64,000 nt of DNA from Candidatus Hodarchaeota archaeon (GTDB taxonomy: Archaea; Asgardarchaeota; Odinarchaeia; Odinarchaeales; JBHLKK01). The notes under the pieces were generated by a model. The model did not search any database. It was not told the origin of the DNA and was given only the letters and a program-made list of their open reading frames with translations. The DNA lies in the NCBI GenBank assembly GCA_048886745.1, contig JBHLKK010000002.1, positions 9,378-73,377 of the forward strand, written 5' to 3'. Shown here in pieces: positions 47,503 to 57,531 of this stretch (within the stretch, counting starts at the first letter, position 1; every line of letters begins with the position of its first letter). The translations under genes and the position numbers were made by a program.

Positions 47503-47772
47503 TCATTTTCTGGTGTCTCTTGATCGAATTTTAACCACACCTCTATGAACAGCACAGCTTACGCATGCAAACTTTGTTACTCGTTCTCTAGGAATGAATG
47601 TTCCCTTTTGTCTCAGTTCCCGAGCAATTGTCGGTTCAACGAAACTAACATATTTTGTTACTCGTTTAATCTTATCTCTCGGTACTCGCTTTCCACAAAA
47701 TGAACACTGAACCATACTTTTTTTCCCAGATGAACCTTTGGCTCTTCCTCGACTTTTCCTTTTCTTAGGCAA
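47503..47772 (-). CDS. rps26e: Ribosomal protein eS26
   Basis: (L)PKKRKSRGRAKGSSGKKSMVQCSFCGKRVPRDKIKRVTKYV...FACVSCAVHRGVVKIRSRDTRK is the eS26 pattern (KKRRN.GR.K.GRGHV..IRC.NC.RCVPKDKAIK...YCVSCAIH..VVR.RSRE.RK). Probable TTG start at 47772; the tracked ORF extends to 47826. Confidence 0.7.
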   Translation of the reverse strand: MPKKRKSRGRAKGSSGKKSMVQCSFCGKRVPRDKIKRVTKYVSFVEPTIARELRQKGTFIPRERVTKFACVSCAVHRGVVKIRSRDTRK

Positions 47773-47847
47773 ATATTGCACCCCAATGAACAGATAATAA
47801 TTCACGTTATAAGTTTTTGGAATCAATAATGATCGATATGGACTCGC

Positions 47848-48756
47848 CTATTGATGGAGAAGGTTTTCGTTCCTTCTTTTGACCTCCTCAAGTCTCATTG
47901 GAAACTCTGGACCTGTGTATTCAACCATTATGGACGCCGCTGCTGATGCGAAGTAGCCAGATCGAAAAACATCACCAGTCCTCAAGTATTCAAAGACGAA
48001 TGATCCTGCATAAGTGTCGCCCGCTCCTGTCGGATCTCGAGCAAGAGTCTTATATGCGGGAATTCTGATGATGTTCTTTCCATCATATATGACTGAACCT
48101 CTCTCTGCAAGCGTAACTATACCAACATCTGCTCCCCAGTCTACAAGCTTTTTGGCAGATTCCTGCGGTTTTTCTATTCCAGTCATAACCAAGGATTCAT
48201 GTTCGTTTGGCTTTACAAAGTGTACAAGATCCACGATCTTTTTTATCTCATCGCGGCTGCAAGCACGTTTAACTCTGCCTCCATCTCCTATTATCCTGGT
48301 TATCCCTTGAGGATCCAGGAATAAGATAGCGTCGCTCTCTTTACGTAGAAATGAAATCAAATCGTAATCAACTTCTTGGAGTATCGGTCCTATAATAATC
48401 GCTTTGGCATCTAGGCATTCTCTCGGAAAGCTCTGAATAGTAATCTTGTCAGCTATTCCGAGCACATCCAGTGTCCTGTCACCTTTTTCATCATAAACGA
48501 GCTTGAAGCCTCCTGTCTCCTCTGATATCATCAATTTAGGTATTTCTACACCAAATCTCTCTACGTCCTCAGTAAATACTGCCTTGAAGTCTTTTCCAAT
48601 GTAGCCGACTAGCGCCGCTCTCCTAATGCCGAGCTTTTTGGCAGCTAAACACGCATTAGTACTGCACCCTGACAGAACACGTTTCTTGGTTGACAGATAG
48701 GGAGTTATTATTATGTCATATACCGGATTTCCCACGGCAACAATATCATAAGTCAT
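47848..48756 (-). CDS. PfkB-family carbohydrate/nucleoside kinase
   Basis: MTYDIVAVGNPVYDII N-terminus and C-terminal DPTGAGDTYAGSF (ribokinase anion-hole motif). AAGGAG RBS before the ATG at 48756. The upstream 31 codons of the tracked ORF overlap the next gene and are probably untranslated. Confidence 0.75.
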   Translation of the reverse strand: MTYDIVAVGNPVYDIIITPYLSTKKRVLSGCSTNACLAAKKLGIRRAALVGYIGKDFKAVFTEDVERFGVEIPKLMISEETGGFKLVYDEKGDRTLDVLGIADKITIQSFPRECLDAKAIIIGPILQEVDYDLISFLRKESDAILFLDPQGITRIIGDGGRVKRACSRDEIKKIVDLVHFVKPNEHESLVMTGIEKPQESAKKLVDWGADVGIVTLAERGSVIYDGKNIIRIPAYKTLARDPTGAGDTYAGSFVFEYLRTGDVFRSGYFASAAASIMVEYTGPEFPMRLEEVKRRNENLLHQ

Positions 48757-49381
48757 CTGCTTCTCCTTCTTTTTGCTTAATTCCCTCTGTCTTTCTCCAA
48801 GTATAATGAAGGCGCTGTAACACTGTAATTTGAGAAAGGACCCCAACAAGAATAATACAGACTTCCAAGATGTTTTGGCCTAGAAAAAGAATAGTTGGCC
48901 ACAGATAAACGAATATGATACCAACTATAATTAGAATCAGTTTTTCCTGACGCTCTGCGATTCCCACGGTACACTTCTCCAATCGTCCTACTGACTCGGC
49001 TTTAGCTCTGACAAAGCTAGCCATTACCATGCTAAAGAAAGCAAAAAATCCCCAAACCCACCATACGAAGCCGCCAAAAACCAATCCGAGGATAATTAGG
49101 AACTCAGTATACCTGTCAAGCAGATGATCCAGAACAGCTCCAAATCTTGTGGTAGCACCGGTCGCTCTTGCAATTGCACCGTCAAGCATGTCAATGAAAC
49201 CAGTCAGCAGAATCAGGATGAGCCCCCAGATTAATGCTCCGAGAGCGAGTAATATACAACAAAAAACACTAACGACAAGGCTGATTACTGTTACTATATT
49301 GGGTGTTAGGCCAATCCTAGATAGCCGCCTTCCTACTGGCAACATTAATTTTTCATACCTTTCTCTAAGTTTGCCTAACAC
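48746..49381 (-). CDS. CDP-alcohol phosphatidyltransferase (archaeal phospholipid head-group synthase type)
   Basis: DGAIARATGATTRFGAVLDHLLDRYTE is the D-G-x2-A-R-x8-G-x3-D-x3-D motif. Polytopic. Confidence 0.8.
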   Translation of the reverse strand: MLGKLRERYEKLMLPVGRRLSRIGLTPNIVTVISLVVSVFCCILLALGALIWGLILILLTGFIDMLDGAIARATGATTRFGAVLDHLLDRYTEFLIILGLVFGGFVWWVWGFFAFFSMVMASFVRAKAESVGRLEKCTVGIAERQEKLILIIVGIIFVYLWPTILFLGQNILEVCIILVGVLSQITVLQRLHYTWRKTEGIKQKEGEADDL

Positions 49382-49517
49382 TGCCCATCACGCTCGACGC
49401 ATCTTTTCTGGAACTCTTAGTTTTAAACCTTTTGCTCTTATTAAAAGGTTTATAAACGATTTTGACCTCCAATCTTAAGAGGTTCAATCCATACCCTAGA
49501 CGGGGGATTACTACTAG

Positions 49518-51167
49518 ATGATACACTCTCACTGGTTGGAAGAAATACTTCAAAAACTATATGATAGAGAAGCTGACCCGGTGGTCCTAAACACCGGCAA
49601 ATCAACTAGTGGAGAATTCCATATGGGAATTTTCCGTGAGCTTCTGATCTGTGATAGCCTTGGCCGTCTGCTTACAAGTGGAAATACCAATTGGGATTTC
49701 TATTTAATTATGGATGATTTTGATGCTGCAAAACGTTTTCCAGACTATATCCCCAAAGAGTTTGAAAAATACATAGGTACCCCATTTTCGGACATCCCAT
49801 GTCCTGATAATGATTGTGAGAGTTATGCGCGTCACTATGCAATGAACCTGATCAAAACATTCGATGATTTTGGAATAGACCCAAAGATCGTCTGGAGTTC
49901 AAAGCTTTATGAATCGCCAGAGATGAAAGATGCTATACGTATCGCCCTCAAGAACGTGGAATTGATAAGAAAGATTCTAAAGAAATACATCGCCCCAACG
50001 TTAAGAGAAGAGGAAGTTGAGGATTACTTAATAGAGATGGAGGAGAGATGGCCCGCCACCATAATCTGCGAGAAGTGTGGGAAGCTACAGGCAAAAGCAG
50101 AAGGTAGGATTCAACCGAACAGAATTACCTCCTTCGATCCAGTAGCTGACAGAGTGACTTATGTATGCCCGGCTTGTGGTTATGAGGGAGATACAACTAT
50201 TGCCAAAGCGAGAATCAAATTGACATGGAGAATAGATTGGCCAGCAAAATGGTTCATTTATTGTGTGACGTGTGAGCCGGCTGGAAAAGATCATACTGTA
50301 AAAGGCGGTGCTTATGACACAGGGCTGGAGATTTGTCAAAAGATCTACGGATATGAAGGACCAGTGAAGGTAGTGTATGAATGGGTCAGATTCGGTGAGG
50401 CAGACATGAAAACTTCTAGAGGTATAACCTTCACCCCACGTGAATTCCTCCGTATATGCTTTCCCGAAGTATTCAGATACCTAATTCTCCGAACTCACCC
50501 CTCAAAGCACATAAGTTTCAGACCGGAGCTTTTGGTTCAACTAGTAGACGAGTATGATCGGTTTGAGAGGATCTATTATGATCTGGAAGAGGCAGATGAA
50601 GAAGAAAAGAACGAGGCGAAGTTCCTTTATCCCCTGTGTCAGATTAAAGAGGTTTCCTCAGAGATTCCGAAACGCCTTCCATACCGTTTTGCAATCATAT
50701 TCTCACAACTGAAGAATCTTCTTACAAAGGAGAAGGTATTGGAAAAAGCAATTGACGTGGTCAAAAAAAGCTATCAAATAGACAAAGTTACGGATGATAC
50801 AATTAAGACCATTCAAATGACCCTCCAGCGTGCCGAAAACTGGACGAAGTCATATGGTCCTCCTGAGTTCGTATTGGATATTCCAAAAGAAGTTACAAAC
50901 GAAATAAAAGAAAAGTTGAGCGATAAGCAAAGAGAAGGCTTAAGACTGCTTGCAGAATTCCTTGAATCTGAAGATTTGGATGAGGAAACCCTTCAAAACA
51001 GAGTATTCACTTTAGGAAAAAAAGAGCTAGGAATAGGGGCAAAGAAAATGTTTCAAGCCATATACTTAGCAATTATAGGGAAGAAATTCGGTCCAAGGAT
51101 GGCCCCCTTTCTACTTTCGTTGGAACGAACTTGGGTAATAGAAAGGCTTCTGGATGCAGCAAAATAG
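49518..51167 (+). CDS. lysK: Lysyl-tRNA synthetase, class I
   Basis: SGEFHMGIFRELL (HIGH-type motif of class I LysRS, H-[IVM]-G-N/I-FRE). MKTSRG (KMSKS variant). Internal zinc-binding CEKCGK...CPACGY. 549 aa. Confidence 0.8.
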   Translation: MIHSHWLEEILQKLYDREADPVVLNTGKSTSGEFHMGIFRELLICDSLGRLLTSGNTNWDFYLIMDDFDAAKRFPDYIPKEFEKYIGTPFSDIPCPDNDCESYARHYAMNLIKTFDDFGIDPKIVWSSKLYESPEMKDAIRIALKNVELIRKILKKYIAPTLREEEVEDYLIEMEERWPATIICEKCGKLQAKAEGRIQPNRITSFDPVADRVTYVCPACGYEGDTTIAKARIKLTWRIDWPAKWFIYCVTCEPAGKDHTVKGGAYDTGLEICQKIYGYEGPVKVVYEWVRFGEADMKTSRGITFTPREFLRICFPEVFRYLILRTHPSKHISFRPELLVQLVDEYDRFERIYYDLEEADEEEKNEAKFLYPLCQIKEVSSEIPKRLPYRFAIIFSQLKNLLTKEKVLEKAIDVVKKSYQIDKVTDDTIKTIQMTLQRAENWTKSYGPPEFVLDIPKEVTNEIKEKLSDKQREGLRLLAEFLESEDLDEETLQNRVFTLGKKELGIGAKKMFQAIYLAIIGKKFGPRMAPFLLSLERTWVIERLLDAAK

Positions 51168-51227
51168 AATACAAAATCTAAGTCTTTTAAAGAAGATGTG
51201 AGTGTAATTATGGAGGAGGAGATTTGA

Positions 51228-51461
51228 ATGAGTTCTGAAGTTGTTGCATGTCTTCTATTGGTTGTGAAAATGGGAAAGGAACACGAGGTAGCCGAAAAAA
51301 TAAAGCGAATTGAGGACGTAGTAGAAGTGCTGATTGTATACGGACAGTGGGACGTTCTCATAAGAATTGAAACAGAAGCTCTCGGAAAGCTTGACTACAT
51401 AGTTACTGAGATTCGAAGAATAGATGGTGTAGAGCAAACAACAACATTGATTGCTTCCTAG
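51228..51461 (+). CDS. Stand-alone RAM (Lrp/AsnC C-terminal ligand-binding) domain protein
   Basis: 77-aa beta-alpha-beta-beta-alpha-beta pattern (VVACLLLVVKMGKEHEVAEKIKRIEDVVEVLIVYGQWDVLIRIE) typical of the AsnC_trans_reg domain. Confidence 0.55.
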   Translation: MSSEVVACLLLVVKMGKEHEVAEKIKRIEDVVEVLIVYGQWDVLIRIETEALGKLDYIVTEIRRIDGVEQTTTLIAS

Positions 51462-51498
51462 AAGTCTTTAGTCGGCAGAATCGGTAAGAGGGACCAAA

Positions 51499-52050
51499 AT
51501 GTCAGAAGGAATCCTCAAAACACAATACAGAAAAACCATTTTGGAAGCGCATCGTGGGGATATTACTGAAGTCGCAGTAGAAGCAATAGTGAACCCGGCT
51601 AATAGCTTTCTAATTATGGGTGGAGGAGTTGCTGGAGCCATAAAGCGGAAAGGGGGCTCGAACATTGAGACTGAAGCTCAAAGATCCGCTCCTATGCCTA
51701 TTGGTCAATCGATTGCTACATCAGCGGGCAAATTGAATGCAAAGTATGTTATACATGCTCCAACCATGGAAACCCCAGCCCAAAGAACTTCCTTGAAGGC
51801 CGTGTCAAAGGCATTAAAAGGGGCTCTGAAATGTGCCGATGAGAAGCATGTAGAAAGCATAGCAATTCCAGGGCTTGGAACGGGTGTCGGTGGCGTAGAT
51901 GAGAACAACGCTGCCCGAATAATGATTCGTGAAACACTAAGACATATAGACGGTGGCACAGGGATTCAAAGAATCGTTTTTATTGGCTACAGCGTTGAAC
52001 TAGCCAACGCCTTTGCGAAGGAACTGGAAGATATTGAACCCATTGGCTAG
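51499..52050 (+). CDS. Macro-domain protein (ADP-ribose / O-acetyl-ADP-ribose binding or hydrolase)
   Basis: GDITEVAVEAIVNPANSFLIMGGGVAGAI and later HAPTM...AIPGLGTGVGG are macro-domain motifs. Confidence 0.8.
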   Translation: MSEGILKTQYRKTILEAHRGDITEVAVEAIVNPANSFLIMGGGVAGAIKRKGGSNIETEAQRSAPMPIGQSIATSAGKLNAKYVIHAPTMETPAQRTSLKAVSKALKGALKCADEKHVESIAIPGLGTGVGGVDENNAARIMIRETLRHIDGGTGIQRIVFIGYSVELANAFAKELEDIEPIG

Positions 52051-52114
52051 ACTGGAAAGGGAAATCCCAAAACCTTTTATATGCAATTTTTTTAAGATAC
52101 AGTGGGGAGCTGTG

Positions 52115-52741
52115 ATGGGTAAAATAAGTATGGAGAGTTTTAGACCGGATCCCAGACTGAGAACCCTCTGGTACTTCGACCTCCTTATCGGCATTATCGT
52201 ATACCTCTTGATTATAGCACTTCCAGCGATAGGCGTGGTACACCTTATCAATCTGACAGGCCCACCTACTTTTGATCTGACAACCGTTTATTACTGGATA
52301 TTTGGCATCTTGTTTCTCTGGGCTGTTCCAGCAGCTGTATGGATTCCATTCTACTACAGATCGATAGAGTATCAAATACTTCCTGAGGAAATTGTAGCCA
52401 AAAGGGGAGTAATTTGGAAGAATGAACAGCGCATACCGTATTTCAAAGTAACAAATGTAAATGTGAGACGTGGACCATTGGAAAGAATATTTGGGCTAGG
52501 GAGGGTAGGTATCCAGACAGCTGGTTTTGGTGCGACAAGTCTGGCTGAAGAGAGAATCGCAGGACTCAGAGACCCTGAAGAGGTCAGAGAGGTAGTAATG
52601 GAAAGGATCAGAAGGTTTGGAAAGGAGCCAGTGGCAATAACGGAAGCTCCAACGCCAAGAGCAGCTATAAGATCTGTGGCTGAAGAAGAACTCCTGAAAC
52701 AAATACTAGAAGAACTGAAGAAGATCAGAGAGAAACTATAA
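52115..52741 (+). CDS. Membrane protein with a bacterial-type PH (bPH_2/YdbS-like) domain
   Basis: Two TM helices followed by YQILPEEIVAKRGVIWKNEQRIPYFKVTNVNVRRGPLERIFGLGRVGIQTAG (DUF304/bPH_2 pattern). GGGAG RBS before the ATG at 52115. Confidence 0.65.
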   Translation: MGKISMESFRPDPRLRTLWYFDLLIGIIVYLLIIALPAIGVVHLINLTGPPTFDLTTVYYWIFGILFLWAVPAAVWIPFYYRSIEYQILPEEIVAKRGVIWKNEQRIPYFKVTNVNVRRGPLERIFGLGRVGIQTAGFGATSLAEERIAGLRDPEEVREVVMERIRRFGKEPVAITEAPTPRAAIRSVAEEELLKQILEELKKIREKL

Positions 52742-52779
52742 TATCCATTCTTTTTTATTATCTTTTTTTCTTGATTTGG

Positions 52780-52818
52780 TATTTTCACATTTCAATAGTA
52801 TATTTTCACATTTCAATA
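52780..52818. repeat. Perfect 18-bp tandem direct repeat TATTTTCACATTTCAATA x2 with a 3-bp spacer (21-bp period), 50 bp upstream of hutU
   Basis: Seen directly in ...ggTATTTTCACATTTCAATAgtaTATTTTCACATTTCAATAatatttt. The 21-bp periodicity equals two helical turns. Confidence 0.8.
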
Positions 52819-52868
52819 ATATTTTATAGGGCTGAGTCTAGTAAAATGAATAGAACAGCATTTTTGAA

Positions 52869-54581
52869 ATGACTGTTTGGGGGAGACATTATTTGGGTAA
52901 CGAATCTAAACAGATCCTAGGAATACGTGGTCCCCGAGTTGTTAGGGCAAATACGGGCAACAAACTGATATGTAAAGGGTGGCAACAGGAGGCGGTTTTA
53001 AGACTTCTGAAAAATAACCTCGACCCCGAAGTGGCAAAGGATCCAGATAATCTGATCGTTTATGGCGGAGCAGGAAAAGCAGCAAGGAATTGGGAATGTT
53101 TTGATAAGATTATCGCATCGCTCAAAGAATTGGAACATGATGAAACCTTGCTAATTCAGTCTGGAAAACCTGTTGGTATAATAAGAACTCACCGAGCTGC
53201 TCCTCGTGTTTTGATCTCAAATGCTATGGTAGTGCCCAAGTGGGCAACACTGGACGAGTTCAGAAGACTTGAAAATCTGGATCTGACAATGTATGGGCAA
53301 ATGACTGCAGGAAGCTGGATATATATCGGAACCCAAGGGATATTACAAGGAACCTACGAAACTTTTGCTGCAGTAGCCAAAAAGCACTTTGGCGGGAGTC
53401 TAAGAGGTAGATTGGTGCTCACAGCCGGCACAGGTGAGATGGGAGGAGCCCAACCACTTGCGATAACGATGAATGAAGGAGTAGCGCTAGTCGTCGAAGT
53501 CGACAAAGACCAAATTGAAAAAACGATAAGAAAAGAGTGCTGCGACATGATTGTTGAAAACCTCGATGAAGCTATCTCTATAGCGAATGAAGCTATTGAC
53601 AAAAAAGAGGCAAAATCAATAGCTCTCCTCGGCAATGCTGCAGAGACTCATCCAAAACTGCTTGATATGGGAGTAAAGCCCGATATAGTAACCGACCAAA
53701 CTGCAGCTCACGATCCGCTTAATGGGTATATTCCAATGGGGATCAATCTAAAAGAAGCAGCAGAATTCAGAGAAGAAGATCCTGAAAAATACATCAAGAA
53801 GGCCAAGAAATCTATGGCAATTCAGGTAAAAGCCATGCTAGGATTTCAACGTAGAGGAGCAATAGCGTTCGACTATGGTAACAACATCCGTCAACAAGCT
53901 TTTGATGAAGGAATAAAGAACGCGTTCAATATACCAGGATTTGTCCAGGAATATATCCGTCCGCTGTTCTGCGAAGGGAGAGGTCCATTTAGATGGGTGG
54001 CGTTATCAGGGGATCCTGAAGACATCTATAAGCTTGACCATGTTGTCAAAAGGGAATTTGCCTACAATGACCAACTGGTTAGATGGATAAGACTTGCAGG
54101 AGAAAGGGTGAAGTTTCAGGGTTTGCCAGCAAGAGTTTGCTGGTTGGGCCTAGGTGAAAGAGCGAAATTTGGAAAGATAATCAATGATATGGTCCGAAAA
54201 AAAGAACTCAAAGCCCCGATTGCTATCGGCAGGGATCACCTTGATTCAGGTTCTGTTGCTTCGCCAAATCGTGAAACCGAGGGAATGATTGACGGTAGCG
54301 ATGCCATAGCGGACTGGCCAATCTTAAATGCGTTACTTAATGCCGTTTCCGGTGCAACATGGGTATCGGTTCATCATGGTGGCGGTGTTGGGATTGGCTA
54401 TTCAATACATGCTGGAATGGTTATTGTGGCAGACGGAACAGCTGAAGCGGAAGAGAAGCTTGAAAGGGTATTGACGGCGGACCCGTGGAGCGGAGTCATA
54501 AGACATGCAGATGCCGGATACAAGGAGGCCATAAAAACGGCGAAAGAATTCGAACTGAGAATACCAATGGAAAAAGAATAA
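52869..54581 (+). CDS. hutU: Urocanate hydratase
   Basis: 570 aa. N-terminal [48 protein letters not shown] matches the urocanase N-terminus. Internal [13 protein letters not shown]. Confidence 0.9.
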   Translation: MTVWGRHYLGNESKQILGIRGPRVVRANTGNKLICKGWQQEAVLRLLKNNLDPEVAKDPDNLIVYGGAGKAARNWECFDKIIASLKELEHDETLLIQSGKPVGIIRTHRAAPRVLISNAMVVPKWATLDEFRRLENLDLTMYGQMTAGSWIYIGTQGILQGTYETFAAVAKKHFGGSLRGRLVLTAGTGEMGGAQPLAITMNEGVALVVEVDKDQIEKTIRKECCDMIVENLDEAISIANEAIDKKEAKSIALLGNAAETHPKLLDMGVKPDIVTDQTAAHDPLNGYIPMGINLKEAAEFREEDPEKYIKKAKKSMAIQVKAMLGFQRRGAIAFDYGNNIRQQAFDEGIKNAFNIPGFVQEYIRPLFCEGRGPFRWVALSGDPEDIYKLDHVVKREFAYNDQLVRWIRLAGERVKFQGLPARVCWLGLGERAKFGKIINDMVRKKELKAPIAIGRDHLDSGSVASPNRETEGMIDGSDAIADWPILNALLNAVSGATWVSVHHGGGVGIGYSIHAGMVIVADGTAEAEEKLERVLTADPWSGVIRHADAGYKEAIKTAKEFELRIPMEKE

Positions 54582-54649
54582 GACCAGCAGGAATCAGTTT
54601 TCCCTCCTAATCTGCCCAAATAAACCCTCAGAGTCTTCACTAGGGAGGA

Positions 54650-56197
54650 ATGGGCCGAATGAATGAAGTGATTATCTCTCTTCAAGGTTTAAGCTTGAAT
54701 GATGTCATAGACGTCGCTCGTAATCTAGCCAAGGTAGATTTGTCAGACAAAGTTTTGGAAAGAGTAGAAAGATCTCGAAAAACAATCGAGAGAGCGATTT
54801 CTGAGGAAAAGATCATCTATGGAGTCAATACAGGTTTTGGTGCATTAAGTGATAGAATCATTCCAAGAAAAGACGTGGAAAGATTGCAGATAAACCTCAT
54901 TAGAAGCCATTCTGCTGGGGTGGGAAAACCACTTGCTAATGAAATTGTGCGAGCAACAATGCTTCTCAGGATTAATGCATTGACAAGAGGGTATTCTGGC
55001 GTTTCACTTGATGTTGTTCAGATACTTGTTGAGATGCTAAACAAGCAGATTCATCCTTTAGTCCCCGAGAAAGGCTCTGTGGGGGCTAGTGGTGATCTCG
55101 CCCCCCTAGCTCATATCGCGCTTACCATGATTGGTGAAGGACAGGTCGAGGTCGGGGACAAGATCCTACCCTCTGGAGAGGCCTTGAAATCTGCTAATCT
55201 GAATCCCGTTAGATTAGGTCCAAAGGAAGGATTAGCACTTATTAATGGATCGCAATTGATTACCGCCATTGGGGCATTGACTGTTTTCGATGCTGAGAAC
55301 ATACTGAAGGCCTCTCAGATATCGACTGCCTTGTCATTGGAGGCACTCAATGGGCGGATAGATCCCTTTGATAAAAGAATTCACAGTGCAAGACCTTTCA
55401 AAGGACAGATTGCAGTAGCAGAGAATATTTCGAGACTTGTCGAAAACAGTCGAATTATCTCAGATGCAACCAGCAAAAGAATTCAAGATGCCTATTCCCT
55501 AAGGTGCTCTCCTCAAATCATCGGAACTTCAAAGGATACCATCGACTACGTTAGAAGGACAATCGAAGTTGAAATCAATTCTGCAACAGATAACCCGTTG
55601 GTCTTTCCTGAGAATGGAGATATAGTATCTGGTGGTAATTTCCATGGTCAACCAATAGCAATGGCTTTGGATTTTCTATCGATTGCAATGTGTAATATTG
55701 GTAATATTTGTGAACGTAGGGTCGCCAGGTTAATTGATGACAAATTGAGCGGAGGATTGCCTCCGTTTCTGGTGAAACAAATGGGCGAAGAAGGGCTAAG
55801 TAGTGGGTTTATGACAGCCCAATCCACAGCTGCATCCTTGGCTGCTGAAAACAGATGCCTATCCAACCCCTCAAGTGTAAACTCTATTTCAACAAACGCC
55901 AATCAAGAGGATCTTGTAAGTATGGGTATGACGGCGGCTGGAAAAGCCAAAGACATCCTGAGAAATACTGAGTACATAATCGCAATTGAGCTTCTGTGTG
56001 CAGCACAGGGACTCGAGTTCAGAGGTGTAGATAAAGCTGGTGTAGGCACATTAGCAGCATATAATTTAATTAGAAAAGTAGCACAAAGCTTAGAAGAAGA
56101 TGCTGAACTATCTCCCCTTATTGAAAACGTAGCGAGACTTGTTCAAGGGGGTGAACTGGTAGCTTCTGTTGAGAAAAGAATTGGCCGACTAGTTTAA
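54650..56197 (+). CDS. hutH: Histidine ammonia-lyase
   Basis: GSVGASGDLAPLAHIA contains the ASG triad that forms the MIO cofactor. 515 aa. Confidence 0.9.
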   Translation: MGRMNEVIISLQGLSLNDVIDVARNLAKVDLSDKVLERVERSRKTIERAISEEKIIYGVNTGFGALSDRIIPRKDVERLQINLIRSHSAGVGKPLANEIVRATMLLRINALTRGYSGVSLDVVQILVEMLNKQIHPLVPEKGSVGASGDLAPLAHIALTMIGEGQVEVGDKILPSGEALKSANLNPVRLGPKEGLALINGSQLITAIGALTVFDAENILKASQISTALSLEALNGRIDPFDKRIHSARPFKGQIAVAENISRLVENSRIISDATSKRIQDAYSLRCSPQIIGTSKDTIDYVRRTIEVEINSATDNPLVFPENGDIVSGGNFHGQPIAMALDFLSIAMCNIGNICERRVARLIDDKLSGGLPPFLVKQMGEEGLSSGFMTAQSTAASLAAENRCLSNPSSVNSISTNANQEDLVSMGMTAAGKAKDILRNTEYIIAIELLCAAQGLEFRGVDKAGVGTLAAYNLIRKVAQSLEEDAELSPLIENVARLVQGGELVASVEKRIGRLV

Positions 56198-56389
56198 CCA
56201 TCTTCATCCCAAACTATGATTCTATTTCTCTCGACCGCAACATCAATCAAATTTGCTTAAGAATAATATGTAGGTACCAATGATCTGATATGCTGTAATA
56301 AGCTAGAGCTTCAGGAAATCCTTACATTTGCTTATCCAGATAAAGAAGAGCAAGACCAAGTTTGAAACAAGGAATAGCGTGATAAGAGT

Positions 56390-57301
56390 TCACTTAGTCT
56401 TTGATCTGAATAAATCGTGAAGAAAAATCTTTCCTTTCCCCAGGGTCCCCCCATAGTTTGTTGCAGTTATCATTAATACACCGGGGATCTCTGTGGCATT
56501 TTCTATTCCAATCCTTAATGCATTATGTAAATCTTCTTGCCTTAATCCACTTACTATTACTTCATAAATGCATTTTACATTCTCAGAGATTCTACTCCCT
56601 TTCTGATGTCTTAGAACTGGACAGTATGCATCGTTGGTTGTGGCTATTGCCTCTTTATATCTTTTCCCTCCGACTTTGCTCCCGGAGGCCGCGAATTTTC
56701 CCACAACGTAAGGGATAGTTGCTATGCCTTCAAGTGCCCTTTCCGCGGATTCTAATGCAGCTTTGTCTGAATTCGCCAAGATTAAAAACATTCCACCAGT
56801 TATACCTTTAATAATTCCAAATCTTTTTTCCACGTAAAACCAACCATCCATCTTGGGTATTTTGAAGACTTCTCTTCCAAATGCTTCAGTCTCCTGTTCA
56901 AATCCATCTCCAAACTTTTGCACCATGGTACCCTTGATATCTATGAATTCCTCGGCCAGTTCCCTGGGTAAGGCATCGAAAACACTGGTCTTGGGATATG
57001 GTACAACACCTTTCCTAATTCTAACTATGAGCCAGTGTTTTAGTTGCTTGTATCTTCTGTCGATCACTTGGATTATAAAACCTGGTCTTCCGTCGGGAGC
57101 TTTATTGGGTTTCACTTCTGATTCCATTGAAGCTTCTGAAGGGGGGATAGTAGCTGACCTACCCAATCCTTTGGCTTCCAGAGCAGCTTCAAGGGCCCAT
57201 TTTCTATTTATAGAAGTTATGAGTATCCTTGCAATGTATGCATCAAAGGTTTCACAAAACGTATCCTCGATAATGACTTCATTAATCCTGAATTCTACCA
57301 T
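56390..57301 (-). CDS. ftr: Formylmethanofuran:tetrahydromethanopterin N-formyltransferase family protein (Ftr/FhcD-like)
   Basis: VIIEDTFCETFDAYIARILITSINRKWALEAALEAKGLGRS...APDGRPG...FGDGFEQETEAFGREVFKIP...AASGSKVGG...YCPVL...IYEVIVSGL...TNYGGTLGKGKIFLHDLF. These match Ftr landmarks (EIEDTFAE.FD...AR.LITA...KWA..AA.EA.G...PDGRPG..FGDGY...FGR...ASGSKVG..YCPTL..YEIVING..NYGGKLG..KI.LHDLF). Confidence 0.8.
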   Translation of the reverse strand: MVEFRINEVIIEDTFCETFDAYIARILITSINRKWALEAALEAKGLGRSATIPPSEASMESEVKPNKAPDGRPGFIIQVIDRRYKQLKHWLIVRIRKGVVPYPKTSVFDALPRELAEEFIDIKGTMVQKFGDGFEQETEAFGREVFKIPKMDGWFYVEKRFGIIKGITGGMFLILANSDKAALESAERALEGIATIPYVVGKFAASGSKVGGKRYKEAIATTNDAYCPVLRHQKGSRISENVKCIYEVIVSGLRQEDLHNALRIGIENATEIPGVLMITATNYGGTLGKGKIFLHDLFRSKTK

Positions 57302-57531
57302 TGAATATCTCCAATCCTTTAAAATTCTATGAATTCTTATTCTGGTAATTTATCAGAATAATTATGCCTGAACAATTCGAGCTAAAAAGCTTTCACATAT
57401 TTGAAGAATGAGATGAAATATCGGATTTTCGAACACAAGACCGTTAACTATATAGGAATGAAAATAGGTTCTCGTACATGAAGCAGAAAAGAATTGACAA
57501 GAAGAGGATTCTGATAAGGGGAGAGATAATT

